Sequence record: EU863408
Length of the DNA: 64,000 bases
Reading direction: 5' to 3' (one strand)
Origin: Escherichia phage JSE
In this document: in pieces, positions 8,748 through 17,207 of the stretch
Position numbering within the stretch: position 1 is the first letter of the stretch
Layout: every line of letters starts with the position of its first letter
Program-made: the position numbers and the translations under genes
The notes under the pieces: model-generated
What the model was told of the DNA's origin: nothing
Databases searched by the model: none
What the model saw: only the letters and a program-made list of their open reading frames with translations

Positions 8748-9020
8748 TCATTTCACTAATTGAACAGCACGAAACAGAATGCGGTCACACGGAAGAAGCA
8801 TAAATTCCCAACGCGGATCAAAGTCTTTAGCGGTATATGTTTTCCCATCAACCGAGATTTCACTTACATAACCAATAGGTGACACTTTAAGAACAGTAAA
8901 CCCATTCTTGATGACTTCGTAGGTATCTTTCAATCCTTCGTAGTCATCCTCTAGGAAGTCTTTACGTGCTTGCTCAGATTTAAAAACATAGGCCACACCG
9001 GATTTAAACATCTTACGCAT
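8748..9020 (-). CDS. Paralog family A protein, short (90 aa, single beta module)
   Basis: ATG 9020 after GGAGAATCAAC leader; KNGFTVLKVSPIGYVSEISVDGKTY module; ORF-track start 9080 is a TTG inside the -35 box. Confidence 0.5.
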   Translation of the reverse strand: MRKMFKSGVAYVFKSEQARKDFLEDDYEGLKDTYEVIKNGFTVLKVSPIGYVSEISVDGKTYTAKDFDPRWEFMLLPCDRILFRAVQLVK

Positions 9021-9051
9021 TGTTGATTCTCCTTCTTGATTAGATGGGAGT

Positions 9052-9080
9052 ATTTTACTACTCCCATTTCTTATTGTCAA
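9052..9080 (-). promoter_or_regulatory. Early promoter cassette TTGACA-17-TAAAAT within GGGAGTA/TACTCCC palindrome
   Basis: Minus-strand read. Confidence 0.6.
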
Positions 9081-9083
9081 CTA

Positions 9084-9557
9084 CTATCTTAATCTTTGTA
9101 TAAATTGTTTCTTATACTTCTTCGTGATCTCTTCTCTTGTATCAGCGTCACAGTAATCGAAACCTTCTGCGTCCATAATAGCAACCATCTCCGCGCGTGT
9201 CAAGCGTGAAAATCGTTTTACTTTATCAACAGCATATTGAGGATGTAAATGATTGTTGGTGTAGTCTCCTTTGATGTAATTAACATAGTTTGTAGCCCAA
9301 ACAACGAAATCAGCACCTAAAGCACCAACACCAAACCGTTTAAAGTCTCCGGTCAACGATCCTTCTAGGCGGTTGCAACACGAATGAAGCAATCCCCTTA
9401 CACGGCCTTGCCCTTTCCCATCTAGATCGTGGTCGTGGTCAAGATGGTTTTTGCTCATATCCTCAAAAAGTGGCAATTGACAAAGGGGGCAAATACCCCC
9501 CTGTTTTTCGAATAGTTCTTGTTTGTACTCTTTAGCACTCTTAGCAGTCAGTAACAT
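9084..9557 (-). CDS. 49: Endonuclease VII (Holliday junction resolvase, 157 aa)
   Basis: HLDHDHDLDGKGQGRVRGLLHSCCN and C-terminal ...FSRLTRAEM match T4 gp49 as recalled; length identical to T4 endo VII; GGAGGGTGA RBS. Confidence 0.9.
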   Translation of the reverse strand: MLLTAKSAKEYKQELFEKQGGICPLCQLPLFEDMSKNHLDHDHDLDGKGQGRVRGLLHSCCNRLEGSLTGDFKRFGVGALGADFVVWATNYVNYIKGDYTNNHLHPQYAVDKVKRFSRLTRAEMVAIMDAEGFDYCDADTREEITKKYKKQFIQRLR

Positions 9558-9581
9558 AAATTCACCCTCCAAAGAAGGTAT

Positions 9582-9863
9582 TTAACCATGAATCTTGTTT
9601 TTGACTACAAAGGATCGGAACTCATCAAAGCCACCAATATAATCACCATCATAGAAAATCTGCGGCATGGTGGCAATAACTTCTACCCCTGCGCGATCCT
9701 GAATGTCGGCAATGATAGAATCAATCTTTACAGGGCGACCGTTTTCGTCCACACCATCATTGACAGGAATATAGATGTAAGGGATCTTACGCGATTCACA
9801 AAGGCGCTTTGCATTCTGGCAATACTTACAGTTGTAACCTTCAAAACCAAAAATTTCTACCAT
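9582..9863 (-). CDS. nrdC: Glutaredoxin/thioredoxin NrdC
   Basis: CKYCQNAKRL active site (T4 has CVYCDNAKRL) and MPQIFYDGDYIGGFDE; 93 aa; GAGGTA RBS. Confidence 0.85.
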   Translation of the reverse strand: MVEIFGFEGYNCKYCQNAKRLCESRKIPYIYIPVNDGVDENGRPVKIDSIIADIQDRAGVEVIATMPQIFYDGDYIGGFDEFRSFVVKNKIHG

Positions 9864-9871
9864 GTTGTACC

Positions 9872-10684
9872 TCAATCTACGTTAGTTACATAAACTTCTT
9901 GTGTATCAGAAGACTTACCACCTGAACGATCTAGGCAATAGGTCTTATTCAACAGGACGCAGTTTAAATCATTCCGCTTGATAAAGTCAAGGAGATGATC
10001 ATTTACCTTTCCCTTATGATGTGTGACATTACTGATACCAAACCGAAAACCACGCTCCATAATAGATTCTACCCACTGATAGAATTTAATCTCTTCCTCG
10101 TCACTCCAGAACTTATTGTATTCCGCAGAAGTGATAAGGTACGGCGGGTCCAAATAAACGAAATCACCTGGCAAGATCTCGATCTCGTCATAGCGACCAG
10201 ACGTAAAACTGATTCGACCGTCTTTGTTTTCTTCCTTAAAATTCAGGACACGCTCTACCGCGTTTTCGTTAAAAGTCCGGCGACCAAAATTAGCATTAAA
10301 TTCTCCCTTCCTGTTATGGCGGTTAATGTTGCTAAAACTGTGCTGAATCAGAACAAACAGAGATAGCGGATCTGGATTCTCATTATACTTCTTACGGAAT
10401 GCCATGTAAGCGTCTTTATCTTCGCGAGACAAACCATTCTCGGCAATAATCCGCTTGATCGTAGAAACCGGGTCAGGACACTCGTCAATCGCTTTGTACG
10501 CGTCAATTAAGCGGTGATCATAGTCATTAGCCAGCACATCCCCTTCGACGTACAGAGACACGCTCAAGCCGCCACAAAAGGCATCAACAAAGCGGTTATA
10601 GTGCTTAGGGAAATACTTACTAACACCAGGCAATAACTTTTCCTTATTGCCAGTATAGGGAATTAAACCTAATGCTTTCTTCAT
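9872..10684 (-). CDS. dam: DNA adenine methyltransferase Dam (alpha-class, DPPY)
   Basis: NRFVDAFCGGLSVSL motif I and DFVYLDPPYLIT motif IV, YNKFWSDEEE, matching T4 Dam as recalled; start at MKKALG with GAGGAAGGG RBS. Confidence 0.9.
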   Translation of the reverse strand: MKKALGLIPYTGNKEKLLPGVSKYFPKHYNRFVDAFCGGLSVSLYVEGDVLANDYDHRLIDAYKAIDECPDPVSTIKRIIAENGLSREDKDAYMAFRKKYNENPDPLSLFVLIQHSFSNINRHNRKGEFNANFGRRTFNENAVERVLNFKEENKDGRISFTSGRYDEIEILPGDFVYLDPPYLITSAEYNKFWSDEEEIKFYQWVESIMERGFRFGISNVTHHKGKVNDHLLDFIKRNDLNCVLLNKTYCLDRSGGKSSDTQEVYVTNVD

Positions 10685-11115
10685 TATCCCTTCCTCAAAT
10701 AAGTTCTCTCGATCTCTACCAGTTCGAAAAATTCTTGCCAATCACACGGAAAATTGCAGTTTCCGAAATGATCCTCTTTGTAAAGTTCTTTACCGGATGG
10801 CAGCTTAATATCTGTTACGCTGTAGTATCCGCAACAATCGCAATCACCATCTGTATATTCTGTTTTAGTCGGAATATCCATCATTGCCAGATACAAAGGT
10901 ACATCGTCTTGCTCAAAGTTCATGTAACCTTCATGGTCGAATGAAACAAAGTTATCATCACCACCGAAAGGGATATAATGGTCATAATCGGTTACAGGGT
11001 GACCGTGTAATTCCCATTCTACAATTTTAACATTACCACTAAACTTTATACCCATAATTTCAACAAGAAAATGAGTATCGTCAATGTAAATCTTACTAGG
11101 GGTTGGATAAACCAT
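10684..11115 (-). CDS. Hypothetical protein (143 aa, acidic, CDCCGYY cluster)
   Basis: ORF with GAGGATT RBS; TAATG overlap with dam start. Confidence 0.5.
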   Translation of the reverse strand: MVYPTPSKIYIDDTHFLVEIMGIKFSGNVKIVEWELHGHPVTDYDHYIPFGGDDNFVSFDHEGYMNFEQDDVPLYLAMMDIPTKTEYTDGDCDCCGYYSVTDIKLPSGKELYKEDHFGNCNFPCDWQEFFELVEIERTYLRKG

Positions 11116-11125
11116 TATATAATCC

Positions 11126-11419
11126 TCATATCTCAGAGAATAGAATCTCTGTTAGCTTCACTGACTGCTCTCTGAATGTTAGCGTATACTCGAAAGGAAA
11201 GTCAATACCCAACTTCAAAAGAGAATAGCCTACCGCCTCTTTATGCTTATCGGTTAGGGCGATCCTAACCAATTCCCGTTGAATCTCTTTAGGCGGTGAA
11301 TGGATAGTAACACGGGTATCATGCAATGTCCAGTCACCATTACGAATCAAGATTAACGGTTTATCGTCATTGAAGATCACCGACCCCTTTCCGGTCGGTG
11401 AGTGTTTTATACTAATCAT
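11126..11419 (-). CDS. Hypothetical protein (~97 aa)
   Basis: ORF; ATG 11419. Confidence 0.4.
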   Translation of the reverse strand: MISIKHSPTGKGSVIFNDDKPLILIRNGDWTLHDTRVTIHSPPKEIQRELVRIALTDKHKEAVGYSLLKLGIDFPFEYTLTFREQSVKLTEILFSEI

Positions 11420-11633
11420 CAAATTCTAAGAAATATTCTGGAACGATATAACCGTTAAAGTCATTACACTTATAAAAATGTGGTGCATTTAATGCTGGAT
11501 GAGCATTAGTAAAGAGTTTACCCTCTAGAAACAGAATGTAATTAATAGGTCTAATACCTACAGAATCAGGGTCTAAACCTTTTTCTTTCAGTTCAGCCAG
11601 CGTTAAAACTCGTCCAGATCGTAACTTAGCCAT
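11412..11633 (-). CDS. Hypothetical protein (73 aa)
   Basis: ORF in operon-like array. Confidence 0.4.
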   Translation of the reverse strand: MAKLRSGRVLTLAELKEKGLDPDSVGIRPINYILFLEGKLFTNAHPALNAPHFYKCNDFNGYIVPEYFLEFDD

Positions 11634-11919
11634 GATTTACCCCCAATTCATCAAGATTATGTCGCAGCATTTCAGAGTATTTTTCTACTTCCTTAATCTT
11701 AGTGTGGATCTCCACGATCTCATCTTCACTATCAGAAAGTTTAATGGCAATAGCGGTACTTCCTTGACCCGTCTTGATCGCTTCTTTCAGTTCAACCAAC
11801 ATGTCCGCGTGTTTCAATAGCAATTCTTCACGTCGAACATAAGCGACGGTCAAAGCCTCATCAGCGATTTCTAAAGCATTTTCAGCAACACCAACAACCA
11901 TTTTACGAGTAGACAGCAT
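11626..11919 (-). CDS. Hypothetical protein (97 aa, helical)
   Basis: ORF in operon-like array. Confidence 0.4.
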   Translation of the reverse strand: MLSTRKMVVGVAENALEIADEALTVAYVRREELLLKHADMLVELKEAIKTGQGSTAIAIKLSDSEDEIVEIHTKIKEVEKYSEMLRHNLDELGVNHG

Positions 11920-11933
11920 AAATTCACCTCACA

Positions 11934-12242
11934 TTATTTCACGTTAACGCCGTCATCAATCCAGCCGACGCTATTTGGTTTAACAGTTTTACCATAGGAT
12001 GCATACTTAATCAAGCATGGTTTAACATCATTATCAAATCTTCCTAAACGTACTCCCAAATCAGGAATATCCATGTATGCGGCTTTATATCCCCATGTAC
12101 CGTATTCAGAATCAATCTCAACCGGACGGCCTTTAAAAGCATACACTACACCGTGACGGTCAACGATAACATAGCGATAGCCAGCCGGAAGATACACAGT
12201 TTCGCCGTAAACTTTAACTGGAGTAGCAGAAGAGATAAACAT
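11934..12242 (-). CDS. Hypothetical protein (~102 aa)
   Basis: ATG 12242 with GAGGATTATATT leader downstream of promoter cassette. Confidence 0.45.
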   Translation of the reverse strand: MFISSATPVKVYGETVYLPAGYRYVIVDRHGVVYAFKGRPVEIDSEYGTWGYKAAYMDIPDLGVRLGRFDNDVKPCLIKYASYGKTVKPNSVGWIDDGVNVK

Positions 12243-12277
12243 AATATAATCCTCACATCGTTCATTTGATGCGGTCA

Positions 12278-12305
12278 TTATATGATAACCGCATTTTCAT
12301 GTCAA
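12278..12305 (-). promoter_or_regulatory. Early promoter cassette TTGACA-16-TATAAT inside GCGGT/ACCGC palindrome, AT-rich UP-like region upstream
   Basis: Minus-strand read. Confidence 0.6.
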
Positions 12306-12312
12306 CAGTTTT

Positions 12313-12622
12313 TTAAAAATCTTCTTCCGGTTTATATCGACCGTCATCGACTGGTTTTGGACTGAATCCTTTATGCGTGCGCGGCTTCGCTTCCGGTTTA
12401 CCAGCAATCATCAAACCAAAACATTTCAGCCCCTTATAACACATAACATTATCAACCACGGTCCACGTTATAGGCCATACGATTGCAGCAATACAAAATG
12501 CTCCTGTATCGACCTCTTTGGTGTCCTTGTCGAATCTGGCGTACAAGCAGAATACTAGATACGAGATCATTGCACCAGTAGTCCAGATATAAAGCACATT
12601 AACAATATCTTGTGTTGTCACA
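12313..12622 (-). CDS. Small membrane protein (~100 aa), probable GTG start
   Basis: AAGGAGGA RBS 6 nt before GTG at 12622; hydrophobic segments; ORF-track start 12735 overlaps upstream gene. Confidence 0.4.
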
Positions 12623-12631
12623 TTATCCTCC

Positions 12632-12910
12632 TTACATGTCTTGCAGTGCATAAAAGCATTTTTCTTCATAGTCATAGAAAATGTCAAAGTATGCTTTTTC
12701 CACATACTCGCCATTAATCCAAGCGGCAGTAACAATCAGAGTGGTCCAGTTAGATCCGCTCTCAACGGTAAAGGTTTTAATACCCAGCTTCGCTGCCAAG
12801 TCGAACGCAAACCGGACGCAACCACGGCAGGAAGTGATATTGGAAGTTTTGATTTTAAAGCCACCGCGAGTTTTAGAAATTTCTACTTTAGCGAAAGACA
12901 GGTTGCTCAT
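12632..12910 (-). CDS. Hypothetical protein (92 aa)
   Basis: ATG 12910 after promoter cassette and conserved leader. Confidence 0.45.
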   Translation of the reverse strand: MSNLSFAKVEISKTRGGFKIKTSNITSCRGCVRFAFDLAAKLGIKTFTVESGSNWTTLIVTAAWINGEYVEKAYFDIFYDYEEKCFYALQDM

Positions 12911-12952
12911 TTTGATTCTCCTTAAGAAAGTGTGTTTCGTTTTGATGTGTGT

Positions 12953-12981
12953 AGTATAGGGGATACGTGATCCCCTGTCAA
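12953..12981 (-). promoter_or_regulatory. Early promoter cassette TTGACA-17-TATACT with palindromic spacer GGGGATCACGTATCCCC
   Basis: Minus-strand read; leader ACACACATCAAAACGAAACACAC...GGAGAATCAAA-ATG. Confidence 0.6.
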
Positions 12982-12989
12982 CAAATTTT

Positions 12990-13319
12990 TTATGATTTTA
13001 GTGAATTAACCACTACATCAAAATGATGGACAGAGCACACCTTATTAAACACATACTCATCGTGTTTAGGAATAGCGCCTAACCGCTTTATTTCGCTCGC
13101 TGACACGATAAACCGTTTATCCGGTGCATTTACCTTACATGCTTCAACAACGCACGGGAAACGCGTTTCAGAGAGTTCTGGATAGTTTTCTGAATCCATC
13201 AGGACAATGAATACCCTGTTACATTGATTGTAGAATCCTGTTTTTGATTTCATCAAGTTTTCTTCTCTGTACAATTCGTGCAATCTTCCTTTCATGATTT
13301 CGTTGGTTCTTGTCTTCAC
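12990..13319 (-). CDS. Hypothetical protein (<=109 aa)
   Basis: ORF; 5' end overlaps upstream ORF so true start is probably internal. Confidence 0.35.
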   Translation of the reverse strand: MKTRTNEIMKGRLHELYREENLMKSKTGFYNQCNRVFIVLMDSENYPELSETRFPCVVEACKVNAPDKRFIVSASEIKRLGAIPKHDEYVFNKVCSVHHFDVVVNSLKS

Positions 13320-13560
13320 AGTTTACCCATTCAACAAGATCTTTACCCAACTCGAAAGCCCATTCTCGGTCTTGCTTTACGTTTTGTAGGTATGGACTTT
13401 CTGACACTCTACGAAGTGATGTTGTCGTAACAAGAATGATCCCAGGAATGGTCGGATGTTCCTTTCCATATACAATAGGACGCGAGTCACTATCAATACC
13501 TTGTAAGAAGGTGTATCCTGAATCACTTAGAATCATATACTTTTTCATTTCACACATCAC
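13219..13560 (-). CDS. Hypothetical protein (113 aa)
   Basis: ORF. Confidence 0.4.
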   Translation of the reverse strand: MMCEMKKYMILSDSGYTFLQGIDSDSRPIVYGKEHPTIPGIILVTTTSLRRVSESPYLQNVKQDREWAFELGKDLVEWVNCEDKNQRNHERKIARIVQRRKLDEIKNRILQSM

Positions 13561-13814
13561 AGTTTCCTCAACCAGTTATTAAAGCGAGCAAACCATGACG
13601 CTTTTCGTGCTTCTTTTACTTTATGTGCACGAAAACCACTGAAACACCATTCATAATCATCACCGAAACATGATTCAACAGGAACACCCGCATTTCGTAG
13701 TTCTCTGGTCTTTATCATAAATCCTTGACATAAGGGTCGACCTTCAACAATGATAGGAAGTTTAACTTTTTCCATGAAAGTATACCCAGCACGGTCAATA
13801 ATTTCAATTTTCAT
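13557..13814 (-). CDS. Hypothetical protein (85 aa)
   Basis: ORF, 4-nt overlap with neighbours. Confidence 0.4.
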   Translation of the reverse strand: MKIEIIDRAGYTFMEKVKLPIIVEGRPLCQGFMIKTRELRNAGVPVESCFGDDYEWCFSGFRAHKVKEARKASWFARFNNWLRKL

Positions 13815-14059
13815 TTTACATTATCTCCATAGATCTTTCCAGCAATATCAATTTCACCAGCGCGAACATCTAGGATAAGATGCGGTAGGTGTATGCAGTT
13901 TTCCCACCCCACTCGCTTCATTTCTGAAACCGTGACGTAAGCCCATCCGTTCGCTGTAATAAAGTCTACTTCAACCTTGAGAGGAAAGCAAGACTTTTCT
14001 ATGTCTTCAAATCCGATAATGTGTTTTGTCGTTGAATATGGAATATATCCGGTGATCAT
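13811..14059 (-). CDS. Hypothetical protein (82 aa)
   Basis: ORF, 4-nt overlap with neighbours. Confidence 0.4.
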   Translation of the reverse strand: MITGYIPYSTTKHIIGFEDIEKSCFPLKVEVDFITANGWAYVTVSEMKRVGWENCIHLPHLILDVRAGEIDIAGKIYGDNVK

Positions 14060-14517
14060 TTTGTGATCTCCTTATACTCAACACACCATAAGCAGGTAGC
14101 CCATGATAAACGCTCATAACGCTGGCAGAAATCGGACCATAGATATTGTGCACCGTTCGGCATAGTTGAAATATGCGTTTTCTCTCCAACTTTCACGAAA
14201 GAAGTATTCGATTTTGTGATCTCGACCGGAGTATATCCGAAAGCGGGTTCCAACTCAACATCTGAACTAAATGCCAATTTAACAGAATTTGTTTTTCTGA
14301 CCGCTGTCCGGTTTCCTTCTGGGTACAGCACAGCAGGTTTAGCGCCTAAGCGGATAAACTCAGTATTTTTAATGAACAGAATATCATGATAACCGTCATA
14401 TTCCGACACTTCCATAGTAACAGGAAAATCGACATGTGCTAAACCTGGTAGATCTCGCATATCATGAAAGGTCGCCATCAACTTTTTCATTCTATATTCC
14501 TCACTCTTCTGTTTCAT
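14056..14517 (-). CDS. Hypothetical protein (153 aa)
   Basis: ORF. Confidence 0.4.
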   Translation of the reverse strand: MKQKSEEYRMKKLMATFHDMRDLPGLAHVDFPVTMEVSEYDGYHDILFIKNTEFIRLGAKPAVLYPEGNRTAVRKTNSVKLAFSSDVELEPAFGYTPVEITKSNTSFVKVGEKTHISTMPNGAQYLWSDFCQRYERLSWATCLWCVEYKEITK

Positions 14518-14737
14518 TTCTTTTATATGGTACTATAACAGGATTAATACAGCAAGCACCAATTACGTTATGAGCACCACAAGTTAAACATTTATAGTCA
14601 TGGAACTTATTAAGGAATCGACCAAACTCATAACCGACTAGCGCCGCGTGTACTTGAGTCTCGATCTCATCCATATCAGCCAATGTTTTAACCTTCATAG
14701 TATAATCCTCAAATGGTAGTTTTGCGAAGATGGTCAT
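14501..14737 (-). CDS. Hypothetical small Cys-containing protein (78 aa)
   Basis: ORF; CLTCGAHNVIGACC segment. Confidence 0.4.
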   Translation of the reverse strand: MTIFAKLPFEDYTMKVKTLADMDEIETQVHAALVGYEFGRFLNKFHDYKCLTCGAHNVIGACCINPVIVPYKRNETEE

Positions 14738-14999
14738 TACATGCTTTTAATGCATCAGTCGCGGTGTCATAGCGAGTATTATCATAGCACCAGTAACCAT
14801 CTGTCAACTGATAAATCAATCCGTCCTTTTTAGCTTCGATGAAAGACAATTCTTTGAAAGTTTCTACTTTCTTTGCTGATACTCCACGGTCACGGCGTTT
14901 ATAGAGTTTAGCTAAAATGCGTTCAGCTTGTTCCTCTTTATTGCCAGACAGATCCCAGATGATGTTTCTTATATGCTTGATTAATTGTTCAGTGGTCAT
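14709..14999 (-). CDS. Hypothetical protein (96 aa)
   Basis: ATG 14999 after promoter and GGAGAATCAAAG leader. Confidence 0.45.
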   Translation of the reverse strand: MTTEQLIKHIRNIIWDLSGNKEEQAERILAKLYKRRDRGVSAKKVETFKELSFIEAKKDGLIYQLTDGYWCYDNTRYDTATDALKACNDHLRKTTI

Positions 15000-15028
15000 C
15001 TTTGATTCTCCTTAGTTGGTATGCGTGC

Positions 15029-15056
15029 ATTATAGCATTGTGATTATCTTTGTCAA
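15029..15056 (-). promoter_or_regulatory. Early promoter TTGACA-16-TATAAT
   Basis: Minus-strand read. Confidence 0.6.
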
Positions 15057-15061
15057 CACCC

Positions 15062-15092
15062 AAAAACAAAAAAGGCTATCCCGAAGGATAGC
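15062..15092 (-). terminator. Rho-independent terminator after the Gly-rich gene (GGCUAUCC-UUCG-GGAUAGCC + U run)
   Basis: 8 bp perfect stem, UUCG-type loop, UUUUUUGUUUUU tail. Confidence 0.7.
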
Positions 15093-15100
15093 CCATAAAA

Positions 15101-15877
15101 TTACACGCGAGCACCGTAGATCGTGCCTACTTTATCCCAGCGTGGAGCATTACCAGTAACGGCTTTACCAGCAGCACCACCGTTATATTCTGTACCGTTC
15201 CCCTGAGTATTACATCTTCCTCCAGCAGCACCAACGTTACCGCCCGCACCGCCTGTATATGCACTAAGAGACCCCTCACCAACAGATCCTTTACCAGGAG
15301 CGGAAATAGTACCAGCAGTTGCACCGGAACTCATATGAGAGGAAGACCCACCAGCACCGAATGGGCGACCACCGCCACCACCAAATACTAGTCGACCCCT
15401 GTTACCGCCGCCACCGCCGCCACCGCCGCCAGCGATAGCACCGTTATTTGTAATTCGTAGACGTGTACCGATAGCGTTATTGATTGCGTTTCCACCAGCA
15501 GCGCCAGCAGCGTTACTACCACCATTACCCCCACGTCCGTAGACAGTCACACCGGAGTTAATGATCAATGTTACATATTCGTTTGTTAACGAGCTAGGGA
15601 AGTCAAGACAAGGAACGCCAGTAGATTGGGAAACAATATCACCAGTGATAGTAATTACTACAGGAGTAGATCCTTGTGCTTTCATCCAGTTAATAAGAGT
15701 GTCTTTATTGTAAGAGTTACTAGCACCAATGCTATAATGAATCTCTTTAGAGCGTCCGACCATTGCCGACATATACGCCGGACGACCTAAGCGTACAGCT
15801 TCCATTGCGGCACTCATCCACCGTTGACCAGTCTCGGACACAGCAGATGATCCTACCCATCCAGAAGATATTGCCAT
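15101..15877 (-). CDS. Glycine-rich low-complexity protein (258 aa) of unknown function
   Basis: GAGGAAA RBS; N-terminal ~115 aa ordinary, then poly-Gly tracts (GGGGGGGGGN, GGGGGRPFGAGG); flanked by terminators. Confidence 0.5.
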   Translation of the reverse strand: MAISSGWVGSSAVSETGQRWMSAAMEAVRLGRPAYMSAMVGRSKEIHYSIGASNSYNKDTLINWMKAQGSTPVVITITGDIVSQSTGVPCLDFPSSLTNEYVTLIINSGVTVYGRGGNGGSNAAGAAGGNAINNAIGTRLRITNNGAIAGGGGGGGGGNRGRLVFGGGGGRPFGAGGSSSHMSSGATAGTISAPGKGSVGEGSLSAYTGGAGGNVGAAGGRCNTQGNGTEYNGGAAGKAVTGNAPRWDKVGTIYGARV

Positions 15878-15896
15878 AAAATTTCCTCACAAGAAA

Positions 15897-15913
15897 AGCC
15901 CCATTTAAGGGGC
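15897..15913 (-). terminator. Terminator hairpin GCCCC-UUAAAU-GGGGC followed by UUUUCUUG
   Basis: Seen on minus strand between 15932 gene and Gly-rich gene. Confidence 0.5.
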
Positions 15914-15931
15914 ATTGATTGATAATATTAC

Positions 15932-16153
15932 TTAGATGATCTCTGCTTCACCATCCAAGAAGAAAGACCATGTTTTGTTAGGATAGCGAAGCGCCCATGA
16001 TTCGGCAGTTTTAACACCAGTTTCGAACAATTGACGGCTGGTCACTTTAGCCATACCATCTTCGATGGCAACGTTTTCAATAATCATCGGGTACTTAGCG
16101 CCACGCATGAAACCGAAGCCAGCGGAAGATTTGATAATTTTAACAGTTGCCAT
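15932..16153 (-). CDS. Hypothetical protein (73 aa)
   Basis: ATG 16153 after conserved leader AGGAGAATCAAAA. Confidence 0.45.
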   Translation of the reverse strand: MATVKIIKSSAGFGFMRGAKYPMIIENVAIEDGMAKVTSRQLFETGVKTAESWALRYPNKTWSFFLDGEAEII

Positions 16154-16192
16154 TTTTGATTCTCCTAGAAAGTGTCGTGTTTCGATGGGTGT

Positions 16193-16221
16193 ATTATGCA
16201 ATAACACCGGATCGCTGTCAA
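16193..16221 (-). promoter_or_regulatory. Early promoter cassette TTGACA-17-CATAAT, -10 inside GGTGT/ACACC palindrome
   Basis: Minus-strand read. Confidence 0.6.
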
Positions 16222-16240
16222 CACTTTCTAAGAAAAATTT

Positions 16241-16525
16241 TTAAACTAATCGAATATAGCCCAGAATTTCAGCACCTTTAGCCAGTCCTAAAACTTCCCA
16301 TTCAAGGTCGCCGTAGTCATAATTTGCAACCATCAACTGACCATTTTTCATGCAGCAATCATGAGAGAAAATTTGCCCCGCATAAACTACGATAGTAATA
16401 AACTTTCCTGATTCTGGCGGTGTGGAAGACAAAGCGACCATATGACCATTCAGCTTAGTAACCAGTGATGGAACAATAAAATTCGGGCTTACCTTAATAC
16501 CGTTAAATTCGTTTGTGTCTTTCAT
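16241..16525 (-). CDS. Hypothetical protein (94 aa)
   Basis: ORF. Confidence 0.4.
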   Translation of the reverse strand: MKDTNEFNGIKVSPNFIVPSLVTKLNGHMVALSSTPPESGKFITIVVYAGQIFSHDCCMKNGQLMVANYDYGDLEWEVLGLAKGAEILGYIRLV

Positions 16526-16872
16526 GCCAGACCTCGCAAAACACTAATAGCATAATCATGCTGGTTATTCATAATATCAATTGCATTGTGATAACGAGCT
16601 AAACCATCAAGGATAAATTCTTGTTTATCCTGTTTCAGTTTGGTATCACGCGCAGCCATAAGAGCATCAAGAACAGGTCCAAAGTGATTATCTAATTCAT
16701 CTTCGGTTGCAATGTTTCCTATTGCCTCGTCTATCCGTGATTCTAATGCTTGCTTTTCGTTGATCACTTGCTGGGTATATTCCAACACATCAAGAATATC
16801 GCGGGTAACGTCGCCATGATAAGGTATTCCCGCATGAAGATGATCAATTAGTCGTTGAATGTCAATGTTCAT
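16522..16872 (-). CDS. Hypothetical protein (116 aa)
   Basis: ORF with 4-nt overlaps. Confidence 0.4.
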   Translation of the reverse strand: MNIDIQRLIDHLHAGIPYHGDVTRDILDVLEYTQQVINEKQALESRIDEAIGNIATEDELDNHFGPVLDALMAARDTKLKQDKQEFILDGLARYHNAIDIMNNQHDYAISVLRGLA

Positions 16873-17207
16873 TTGTAACCCTCCTCTGAAAGCACATCCC
16901 AGATCGTTGAGTCAAGGTGCATTAAATTCCACATAATAGAGTCATAACTACCGAAGCCAGAAGTAAAAATTACATCACACTGGCGATATGTCTTATGAAA
17001 ATCGGTGGCTGTCTCTGCATCAATAGGCATATCGTCACCTGAAAGCACCAGACATTTAAGAATCATAACTCTGTTAGCCGTTGGCGCTTGCTTAGTCTTT
17101 TCAGCATATTTTTCGATGATCCGTTTTGCCTTTTCTTCTTTGATACGTCCAGACCAAATCCGGTTTCGGTATTGATTCATAATAATTTCAATCACATCAT
17201 TTTGCAT
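16869..17207 (-). CDS. Hypothetical protein (112 aa)
   Basis: ORF. Confidence 0.4.
   Translation of the reverse strand: MQNDVIEIIMNQYRNRIWSGRIKEEKAKRIIEKYAEKTKQAPTANRVMILKCLVLSGDDMPIDAETATDFHKTYRQCDVIFTSGFGSYDSIMWNLMHLDSTIWDVLSEEGYK

Noticed and set aside
8748-9080. Longest-ORF start codons extending several minus-strand genes through their own promoters (e.g. 8748..9080, 2287..2514, 15932..16207, 30919..31362)
   Set aside because: The extended N-termini begin at TTG/GTG inside the -35 or spacer and read through the conserved leader and Shine-Dalgarno; RBS-supported downstream ATGs were used instead
16241-16525. Assigning one of the small ORFs downstream of tk as the Acb2/Vs.4 anti-CBASS sponge or as vs
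   Set aside because: Only size and rough position would support it; I cannot recall diagnostic motifs, so no call was made
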